In this document: piece after piece, positions 53,832-64,000 of the stretch
Position numbering within the stretch: position 1 is the first letter of the stretch
Layout: each line of letters starts with the position of its first letter
Source: Callorhinchus milii
Lineage: Eukaryota
Assembly (NCBI RefSeq): GCF_018977255.1
Contig: NW_024704742.1
Location: forward strand, 19,098,001 to 19,162,000
Reading direction: 5' to 3'
DNA: 64,000 nt
The notes under the pieces: generated by a model
What the model saw: the letters and a program-made list of their open reading frames with translations, nothing else
Databases searched by the model: none
What the model was told of the DNA's origin: nothing
Made by a program: the position numbers and the translations under genes

Positions 53832-54877
53832 AATTAGGGAAGGTGTGACATTTTCAAAGGTCCACATTTGAAAATGTAAGAGTCTAATTTATAATAATAA
53901 TCCTTGCATTTGATATAGCACCTTATCACCTTTTCAAAATGTCTCAAAGCGCTTCACAGAATATACTGCAAACTGAAATGACTGTATATTTTGTGGGTGA
54001 AACTTGTGGTATTTCATAAAGTTATTTCTCAATAAGAAATCCCACCAGAATTTCAATTAAACCTTGCAACCGTTTTCCAAAGGTAGTCTACATCAGAGCA
54101 GAGGTCCTCTGGGTCAATTTGACATAGGCGTGGGTATCAGGAGCATCCAATTAACCAACTTAGATTCCTTATCCAATCGTTTATTGTTTTCTCAGATGAA
54201 GTTAATAGGCAAAGGGCCAGAGTATTCCTGTGAAATGATAATCTCCAAATCTTCTCGAAGGACAGGACGCTTGACTTTCCATTGTTCAGGTGTATTCCCT
54301 GTAGTGGTGTTGACTCACTTATTAATGAAAACACCTCAGCTACATATTACATTTTTGCCATTGATCAGTGTCAGTTCCACATTGAATTCACTGAGAGAAA
54401 CACAGTATAAATAGGAGATTGAAATACAGGAATACTTTTTACTCTGGGTTTTGGTGGCTTCTGACATCAACAATAACGTCCGATGGACCTTGAATATCCA
54501 GTGATTCCTAATTGGTATAATCGTTGATGCGAATAACAAACAAGAAGCAACACTTTGTAAGTGTTACTACCATAATCTTTATTCACATCAGATATTTATC
54601 AGCATCAGATCAGTGTAACAAAAACTAAAAGATGCTTTGAAATAATTTAATATGTAATATTAGTCATGTAAAAACTGTACTTTACAATTTCAGTTCTTTT
54701 GATGTAATCAAAAGTTTCAAAGAATATCAGGACAGCTGAAAAGATTTTTTTTGAACATGTTACTTTAAACATCTTAGTTTCCTATTTGCATTTGCCTTCA
54801 AACATTTTGAAATGAGAAGTATGATAATTGGTGAGTCTAGAATCTTGGAAGCCAATTGGCAGAGCTTCCGTGGAGAC

Positions 54878-55500
54878 ATAGAAATCTATACCACAGAAGG
54901 AATTCCAACCAGTAGGTCTGTGCTGAAAAAACAATTTGTTCAGCATTTCCTATTTCCTTCGTTTTCCTTAAACCCTGTAGTGTAACTACGATGGTGCAAG
55001 TGGTGCAGTTGTGCTAGGTCTCACAAGGTTAATGGGGACCTAACCAATTGGCGGTGGAACAACACGTTCTCTCGCTCCCCATTTCAATATAGTTGCATGA
55101 TGCATGGGCTTGGGGAGAGAGATGGAGATGGGAAAGCTAAACAAAACTTCAGATTCTTGCACCGGGGTTTCCTGAGGCCTTGTTATGCAACTGCCTAAAC
55201 CCTTTAATGTTTCTCTTTTCGAGCTATTTATCTAATTTCTTCTTTAAAGGTAATATGAATTTTGTGTTAGCCATGTTTCGAGGTAGGCCATTCCACATCC
55301 CAACAACCCTTTGTGTGAAGCAAAATTTCTCCTAACCTCTCCCTTTGCTGTTTTTGTAAGCATCTTAAATTTATGCTCTCCAGTTACTGACTCTCGCACC
55401 AACCAGTGGAAATAATTTCTGCCTGTTTACTTTATCAAACACCTTGTAATTGTTAAATCCTCCATTGGGTCTACTCCAAACCTTTTCTGTTCTCGGGAAA
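54878..55500 (-). mobile_element. CR1-like 3' fragment interrupted by a MITE
   Basis: catagaaat tail; ccattccacatcccaacaaccctttgtgtgaagcaaaatttctcctaac is the reverse of VRRNFxxTQRVVGMWN. Confidence 0.65.
54975..55193. mobile_element. hAT-like MITE
   Basis: Decayed TIRs (ctgtagtgtaacta / ttgttatgcaactg) with an 8-bp duplication cttaaacc / cctaaacc; the CR1 sequence resumes on both sides. Confidence 0.55.
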
Positions 55501-55859
55501 AAGATTGATAATCGTGATCCTGCCTTGTGACTGACTCGTTTTTTTATATATAATATAGTTGCTGCTCTTTACCACCAAACACAAAGTGAGAAATAAGACT
55601 AGGGCATACACTTACAGAGAGGCAAATTCTACACTCTGCTTCTAAATCAGTCATAGAAACAAAGAGAAAATGATAATCTATCATGAGTCACTGTCATAGC
55701 AACGGCAGCTGGAGAATAATAAAGCATAGATTTCCTTCTTCCCACGCAGAGATAAAACAGCTAGATACAGGAAAGATGCAGTAAAAATGTCAACTAGAGA
55801 TAATTGGACATAAAGGCTAAGTGGAAGAGAATATCACACAATACAATGCAATGTACAGT

Positions 55860-56212
55860 GGAATCATGTAACTTAGTGGTTAGAGCCCTTGCCTCGCAAA
55901 TTATAGGACCTGGGTTTGATTCCTGGGCAAGGTGAAATGTTGGGCATGTTTCCTTACTCAACATGCCTCTCCATACCAGCTGTAAGGAGGAAGACAGTCG
56001 ATTGGCAGCTCGCTTTACCGGGGTAATAACCATTAAATAAAAAAATAATAATTTGGTCAGTGTGGCTGCCAGTTGTCAGTGTGGCAATTGGCTGCCACGT
56101 TTCACCCACAAAATATATTACCAATTCACTTTAAAGTATATTCTGTGAAGTGTTTTAAGATATCTCGAAGACATGATAAGGAGCTGTATCAAATGAAAGG
56201 ATTATTATTATT
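55860..56212 (+). mobile_element. tRNA-derived SINE (older); an inverted head fragment follows at ~56249-56345
   Basis: ggaatcatgtaacttagtggttagagc...caattggctgccacgttt...(ATT)n. Confidence 0.8.
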
Positions 56213-57339
56213 AATATCATTATTACTTACTACTAGATAAATTGAGACATGTGGAGTAAGGAAACTTGCCTGAGGTTTTGCCCCGCCTGGAAATCAACCC
56301 ATTCCTCTTAGTTGCGAGGCCAATAACCAATACCTGCAGGACTCTATGTTGAGTAAGACCCAGCTGATCATATTAAGTGCAAAAGGTAAACTCCTCTGGG
56401 TTCTGACCAGACATCTTGCACTAGATGTATTTTTTGGTCACCCGGTGTCTGACATATGCAGAAACCCATCACCGTGTTTAAGGTTCTCGGAAACCAAACC
56501 ACTGAGATTTCCCCGTGTGCGTGAAAACTTCCCTCAGTTTTCCCTCAAATTTCCCTCTCATCCAGAGGGACACACTCTGCTCACCTCATCTTGGAAAGTA
56601 TTTGGCACAGATTGGCAAGTACCAAGGTTTGGGAATCCATTGCTGTAGTGCCGGGGTTTAGGTAGGTCCGAGTCGCCTGCAATCTCTGACAGTCAACATT
56701 CCTGTTGCTTGTCCTAGAACCAGCCTTCCCATTAGACTTTGGCTTGCAAGGTGCACAGGATGCCACAATAGATGAAAGAAAAATCCACCTGACTGGTAGT
56801 GTATTCTGATGGATTTGACCATTACCTTTTTTGCAACTATCCAGTATCTGCCACAGTTTAGCCTTGGGACCAATCAACATGACAATTCAAAATAGTTCAG
56901 GCCCAGGTGGTTTTGAACTGGCAAGTGTTCAGTCAGAAGTAAAGTCAAAATGATAGTTTAATATTATTTTTTCACTATTCGTAAAGGAATTGTAGCAGTG
57001 ACTCCAAACCTGGATCTGTCAGAGCTGCTGACATTTATTTTGATATGAAACGGCCTCAGGCCTGGGAGGTTATCACTGTCTATTTTTGCCATGCATTACA
57101 CTGTCAGTCAGTCAGTCAGTCAATCAGTCAGTCATCAACACCACCACAACCACAACAAATGACATGTATACAGTCTTTCCCTTTGGGTCAAAGTATTGTG
57201 CAACATTCTGAGATGTTATTCTGCGTGAAGGGGCCTATATAAATGAAAGTTATTATGGTACCCTTTAATATCATACATTCAAAAGATTCATTTGAAATTA
57301 AATAACCTAAGGCTGGGGAAGGGACATACGCTGTGAAAA

Positions 57340-57775
57340 ATAATAATAATCCATGCATTTGACAAAGCACCTTTCACGCTGGAAGGATGCATCAAAGCAC
57401 TTCACAGGATTTACTTGACGTGGACTAGCTGTATTTATAGGCAAATGCCCATTTGTACACAGCAATGTCCCACAAACAGCCATGAAAAAATTACCAATTT
57501 TATTTGGGGAATTGTTGACCAAGACACCTGGAGAAACTCCCGTTTCTTTTTGAGTAGTGCCATGAAATCTTTAATGTCCACCTGAAATTTGGATATGAAA
57601 GATCCAGTGGTACTGCAGACTGAAACCTCTACTTAACATCTCATCCAAAAGAGTGCACCTCCATCAATGCATCCACCCAGCAGTGCATTGGAGTGTCAGC
57701 ACAGGCAATGAGTTCTAAGTCCCAACATAGGGCTCGAACCCACAACCTTTTGACTCAGAGGTAAGAGTGCTTGAC
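57340..57775 (-). mobile_element. DeuSINE, near full length
   Basis: Reverse tail, Deu core and head ctcgaacccacaaccttttgactcagaggtaagagtgc. Confidence 0.75.
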
Positions 57776-58819
57776 ACACAAATGTGGGATGCCACTATCC
57801 TTGCTTGCAGATGCAGGGCTATGCAAACCTTTGGGCCTAACTGTTAAGAACATGCCTACGTAAATTAGCAGATTGCGTTTGTCAACTACATTCATGCAGT
57901 GAAAATCGCACCATTAAAAATGTGAAGTGACACTTCAGAGGCACTGGGAACATGTCATCATCATGTTTGGTATCAGATCATGCAACCAGATGACAATTTT
58001 TCACATTGTTAAAGGAATATTATCACCCTTAAATGTACTTGGCAACACATTGTAAAAATTGCAATAATCTCACTTATATTAAATAAAATATCTCTCTGGC
58101 ACTTGTAAATGATCCCAGCATGCATAATTCCCATTATGGCCACTTGATTTATAATCCTCACACAAAAACAAGTCAAACTCCTTTCAAGAAGATATCACAA
58201 AATATTCTCCTGTAAGAAGTAAAATCATGAAAGATTCATGAATTGGAAAAATAAAGGATCCCCTTTTCACTGGGTCTTTAATATTCCAAATTCAACTTTC
58301 TTGGAATAACAAAGAACAAATTAAAAATCTGAGGAATTTGTTTTCAACAAAATGGTTGTTATACACAAATCAATGTGTTCATTATAAGCACCACATAAAG
58401 TGTAATCACTTTATTAAAGATTTACTTGCTGAAACAAAGGGTCTGCATGAATTTATCCACAAAACACGTTAAAAATAGCTGCAATCAATGAAGTTCATCC
58501 AACAAAATATAGAGACATTTTTTATATTTGGAATGCATCCAGCAAGGTTCAATAATATAGAGTGTGAGTGGTCGATTGCACCCTGGAGAATGTTTTTCTT
58601 CCTCTTGTGAAACTCATCTATAAATATTTTACTTTCTTATTACAGAACAAGTAAAGTAAAATAATAATAAAAATAACAATCATAAGGATAATCCTTGCAT
58701 TTGATATAGCAGTTTTCACGTCGAGAGAATGTGCCAAGCACTTCACAGCATTTAGTGTAAAGTGTAGTAACTGCGTATTTTGTAGGTGAACATAGCACCC
58801 AATTTTCACACAAGCAGCC

Positions 58820-59260
58820 TGTTAGGCTGGCTAAGTCGTAGCACTCTCTCCTCTGAGTCAGAAGATTGCGGGTTCAAGGCCCATATCAGGACTTGGAATC
58901 ATATGGTCTAAGCTGACTCTCAGTACATTGTCAGGGTGTTGTATTGTCGAGATGCCATCCTTTGGATGAGATCTTAAATTAAGGTCCCGTCTGCTTTTTC
59001 AGGTGGACACTAAAGATCCCGTGGCACTATTCGAAAAGAGAAGGGAATTTCTTCTGGTGTCCTGGCCAACAATCAAACAAATAAAATTGGATACTTGATG
59101 GGACATTGTTTTGTGGGACATTGCTGTGCACAATTGACTGCCATGTTTCGCCCACAAAATGCAGTCAATCCATTTTACAGTGTATTCTGTGAAGTGCTTT
59201 GAGACATCTCGACTACATTAAAGACACTATAGCAAATGCAAGAATTATTATTGCTATTAT
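58820..59260 (+). mobile_element. DeuSINE, full length, nested in an opposite-strand DeuSINE (58680-59525)
   Basis: tagcactctctcctctgagtcagaagattgcgggttcaagg...ggatgaga...caggtggac...aaagatcccgtggcactatt...ggtgtcctggccaac. Confidence 0.8.
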
Positions 59261-59661
59261 TATCAAACAGCCATTAAGTGAATGACCAAATTTTATTTGA
59301 GGGCTTGTTAGCCAGGCGCTGAGAGAAACTTCTCTTCTCAAATAGTGTGATGGGATGTTGAAGGTCCACCTGAAAAGGCAGACAGGACTTCAGTTTAAAG
59401 TCTCATCCAAAGAATGAAACCTCCAATAGTAGAGCACACCTCCAGCACTACACTGGAGTGTCAACTTGTACTAGGAGCTCAAAATCTTGAGAAAGGCAAG
59501 AGTGCCACCAATTGAACCAAGTTGACTTTTGTGTTCCATACTTCAATTCTAATAACCCTTGCATTTGATATAGCGACTTATCACGTCTTCAAGACGTCTC
59601 AAAGCACTTCACAGAATATACTGTAAAGTGAATTGACTGTGTATTTTGTGGGCAAACTTTA

Positions 59662-59971
59662 TAATAATAATAATCCTTTGCATTTGATATAGCGCTTTTC
59701 ACATCTTCTAGACGTCTCAAAGCGGTTCACAAAATAGACTGTAATGTGAATTGACTGTATACTTGTGGGCGAAACACGGCAGCCAATTGCGCACAGCAGT
59801 GTCCCACAAACAATCATGGAATGAAGTAACCAATTTATTATTTTTTTCTGAAGGGATTATTATTAAGCATGTGGAGTAAGGAAACTTGCCCAAGGTTTCA
59901 CCCTGCCGGGAATCGAACCCAGGTCTCTCGCTTGCAAAGCGAGTGCTCTAACCACTCAGCTACAGGACTCC
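59662..59971 (-). mobile_element. tRNA-derived SINE, short subfamily (preceded by a tail-only fragment at ~59551-59657)
   Basis: Full-length reverse copy ending gctacaggactcc. Confidence 0.9.
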
Positions 59972-61540
59972 ACAATACATAATAATATTTTATTATGTTT
60001 TATTATTATTAAAATTTGGTTGGGTATCTCATGTCATGACTTTTTCCACATATCCAATTCTGCTGATTTTGAGTATCGTCATAAACATTGTGTACTCATT
60101 CCATGGCCCATTTGTTACTGCACATCTTCCCAATCCTCTGGTATTGCCAGCACAAGAGCTATTTTTGAATGCACTTCTACCTTGCTATCTTTACTCTTAG
60201 GTCCTTTTAAGACATTAACAGCTGAAAGGAAGGTCAGAAGTCCTGCATTAGAAGTCCAGTGAAGATAACTTGATCAGAATGTAATTTCCCTCTAGGGAAG
60301 CACCATTAAGTGAAGCTTGCTCTTTACTTCTCTATAAATACACAGATATTGAGGTATACTCTCATAACGTCCTTAAAATGCCTGCCATTAGATTTGTAAA
60401 TCTATGTGTAAGCAGGAATAACCACAATGTCTTCCCTGCAGTGTAGTTATGTTCAGATAAGAAGGACAGAACTTGCAATTTTACAGCAATTTATTTAATC
60501 AAAATGCCACAAAGTGCTGTACATTAATTACTGTCAAGTGTAGCAATTGTTATTTTTGTAGGCAAACACATCAGCTGTTTTGTGCACATCAAGCTCTTAC
60601 CATCAACAGTGAGTTTAAACGTTGCGTACTGTCATCTATGCCTGTCATTTAGACCTGCACGGCATTTTGCTCTGTACAGCATAAAACAGCAGACATACGG
60701 TGTCTGGTGTAAACCTAATCTCATATTGTGTCAGAATATCAGTTTCACAAATGGTTGATCAATAAATCATTATTAGGTAAGTGACCATTACAATCTCTTG
60801 GATTCATTGAAGTCTGAAACCCACCCTTGATTATCACAGTTCAGTTCAAACATCTGTCCTGGCATATTGAAGAATCATCTGGGATTTCTCTTTGCTTTGC
60901 CATACTATTTGAGGGCTTAAGAACGGTTTCTGTGGCTTCAAGGGGTAGCTGGAATATTACCTCCGTTAGTGGAACTGATATTCAAAGGCATCAGTACCAT
61001 TTTCAGAATACGAATGGCATCTCTTCACAATTGCTACTCCTTTGACTGAGAAAGAGAGCACTGTATTGACCATAGTTGGAGGCAGTGCAATTGGCTTCTA
61101 TGGCCTTGGATAAGGACGAGAATCAGCCATAAATCAGAAAGCTGTAACATAAACTCCTGCTGGAAAGTTTGTGTACAGATAATGGTTGAAGAGAGAACCA
61201 TACTTTGCTGTAACTGCCTCAAGGTCAAATCAACCACCAACTTTCATTGTCGAGGCTGAAACAAGAAGGATCATAACTTGGGTGAGATATCTGAAGGCTG
61301 ATAATGCCTGTGGAACTGAGCCTTTTGGAGAGGAGAGGAGAGAAGAAAATTGGATGAAAACATATGGAGGGAATATAATCATAAAACTACTCAGAAAACA
61401 TAATGGAAGTGATTTAAAGAATGTAATTCAATCCCATGGTTCAGTTAATATTTGCAAACCACTTGAGCTCTGCTCCACAGTTCATGATGTCACATGAACC
61501 CCTTAAGTGCTCATCTTGCAACTTATTCCTAAGTATCTAC

Positions 61541-61866
61541 GGAGTCCTGTAGCTCAGTGGTTAGAGCACTCGCTTTGCAAGCGAGAGACCTGAGTTCAAT
61601 TCCAGGCAGAGGGCGAAACCTTGGGCAAGTTTCCTTACTCCACACAGAGCCTAATGATAATCCCTCCAAAACCAAAAACAATAATAAATTGGTCATTTTC
61701 AATCTACGACTGTTTGTGGGACATTGCTGTGCGCAATTGGCTGCCGCGTTCGCCCACAAATATACAGTCAATTCACTTTACAGTGTGTTCTGTGAAGCGC
61801 TTTGGGACATCCTCCCGACGTGAAAAGCGCTATATCAAATGCAAGGATTATTATTATTATTATTAT
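61541..61866 (+). mobile_element. tRNA(Ala)-like SINE, short young subfamily
   Basis: Intact A/B boxes, head identical to the 6397 copy, long (ATT)n tail. Confidence 0.92.
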
Positions 61867-62391
61867 TTATCTATTATTCTATAGGCATCAGTTTCTGCAT
61901 GTTTCATTCCATTGGTTTTCAATTTACTTTCTTTCTGCCTCCATACTTCACCTTGGTGATGCTTATCCAGATTCCTTGCCCTCTCCAAAACATTTATTGA
62001 CATTTCCTTAATCTCCCTAGTTGGCATTTTTTGCTCCGTCATAGTTTCAGATGGTTACCTTGACATGAGGAACAGACTATGCTTTATCTGTGCTATTTTT
62101 AAATCTGTGTATCACAGCAGTTCATAAATGTACAGCAAGTTGCAGAGATAAGCATTGAATCAAATTCCAAACCTGACAACACTGTTTTAAACATACATTC
62201 TGATAGCTCATTTAATATGCAACATTGTGTGGTATGCACTTATTAAGATGGAATACAGTTTAAATGCTGCTTGACTTTCGTGGGATGATCTCTCCTGTGC
62301 AGTATAACAGGGGCTGATTAATTTGGCCTCAGTGACTCTGAGCTGAGGATGTAAGAAAACCATCCAAAATTCCTGTTTCTGAGCATCAGCC

Positions 62392-63312
62392 AATAATAAT
62401 AATAATCCTTGAATTTGATATAGCACTTTATCACGTCTTAGCGACGTCTCAAAGCACTTCACAGAATATACTGTAAAGTGAATTGACTGTATATTTTGTG
62501 GCCGAAACGCAGCAGCCAATTGCGTACAGCAACAACAAAATTACATTTATAGAGCGCCTTTCACATCAGTAGGATGTCCCAAGGTGCCGGACAGTCAGGG
62601 GTCAAGACCCAAGCATGGGTGAGGGGTGGGGTAGGGGTGAGGGAAGGCAGAGAGGTGGGAGGGCAACTGAAGGCACGATCAAAGAAGAGGGTCTTGAGAC
62701 CAACCTTGAAGGAGGCAAGGGAGGAAGCGAGGTGAAGTAACTGTGGGATGGAGTTTCAGAGTGTGGGGCAGAGAGGCTGAAAGCTCAGCCACCGATGGTA
62801 GGGCAGGTCGGGCGGGAGACATAGAGCAGGCCTGCTGAACGGAAGGAGCGGGCAGGTTGGTAGAGAGTCAACAGGTCAGAGAGGTAGGACGGGGCAAGGC
62901 CATGGATGGCCTTGAAAGTGAGGACGAGGATCTTGAATTCGATCCTCTGGGGGATGGGGAGCCAGTGGAGTTGGGTGAGCGTGGGAGTGATGAGGTCACG
63001 GAGCCTGGTGCGCGAGACGAGCTGCAGAGTTTTGGATAATCTGCAGCTTGCAAAGGGAAGGGAAACAGTGGGACAGTAGTGTCCCACAAACAGTCATGGA
63101 GTGAAGTGTCCAATTTATTTATTTTTTTTAAGGAATTTTTATGCCCGGAAAAGCAATCCACCAATTGACTAACAACTGGGTTCCTAGTTACTGCTAGGTA
63201 AACAGAGCCGTGTGGAGTAAGGAAACTTGCTCAACATTTCGCCCTGCCGGGAATCAAACCCAGGTCTCTTGCTTGTGAGAGGATAGCTCTAACCACTGAG
63301 CTACAGGGCTCC
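62392..63312 (-). mobile_element. Long-subfamily SINE split by an L2 insertion (L2 ~62532-63055)
   Basis: SINE tail half 62392-62531 and head half 63073-63312 rejoin to consensus ...attgcgcacagcagtgtcccacaaac; the insert has [24 protein letters not shown] and a (TTG)n tail. Confidence 0.9.
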
Positions 63313-64000
63313 CGTGTCAATGATCCCCATTGTGGCTCAACAACAACAGCAACACCAAGATTACATTTGTATAGTGCCTTTCACGTCAGGAGGACGTCCC
63401 AAGGCGCTGGAAGTTTTTACCTCACTATCACTCTCCAAACCTTATAATCCACTCCACCATTGCTGAGTGAGCTTTCAGCTAATCTGTCCCAATTCTCCGG
63501 AACTCCAACTCAGACTGCCTCCACCTTGCTCGACTACTTTCCCTTCAAAATTCGACCATGCCTGTTGCTTAAACTATATTCCGGATGAATGAGATCAAAT
63601 GAGCAAATGTACCTTCTTCACCCGAAACCTCTCCTATGATCTACTTGAAGTTAAAACTTGAGTTTAGCAATGTAAAAACAAAACAAATAACAAAAATAGA
63701 AATTAAATACATTCAAAATAGACAATTTGTGCCTCGATTTGTGCAGCAGCAAAGAGTTCCTGTTGAATCCTGAATAAAACATTAACAGTTCCATGGGAAC
63801 ATGTGAAATCCATTAGTTTTACATTAATATTCCAAATGTCTGTTTTCAGAATTGAGGCAGGATTGCTCAGGATCCCAGTGTTTAAAATCCAAATGGTGAT
63901 GCATTTTAACCTTCCTCTACAATATACTTATCACTTGACACAGATGGAATTTGTTTTTGTTTACATACAAATAAATACTGCAGTCTGAATTTATAAGATT

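Overview
Vertebrate genomic DNA, most likely a cartilaginous fish such as a chimaera/elephant shark (inferred from the DeuSINE, L2, CR1 and Penelope-like repeat content, not proven). The first ~6 kb hold the 3' end of GRIA2 (AMPA receptor GluA2) on the + strand: the exon ending in the R/G A-to-I editing site with its exon/intron hairpin (1267-1574), the mutually exclusive 115-nt flop (2538-2652) and flip (3006-3120) exons, the M4/short C-tail exon ending ...ESVKI (4361-4609), and the last exon that encodes the GluA2-long tail or serves as 3'UTR (from 4983). The remaining ~58 kb has no recognisable protein-coding gene; it is filled with tRNA-derived SINEs, truncated L2 and CR1 LINEs, hAT MITEs, Penelope-like fragments and a 30-bp minisatellite. 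The most interesting observations are RNA structures around the flip/flop cassette (an ~80-nt intronic hairpin with a branch-point-like motif in its loop, a second hairpin over the flip acceptor tract, a variant R/G loop), isoform-dependent miRNA sites, two long intergenic hairpins, and several mechanistically informative retroposon junctions. All folds were paired by hand; repeat family names and mammalian comparisons come from recalled consensus sequences, and repeat boundaries are approximate.
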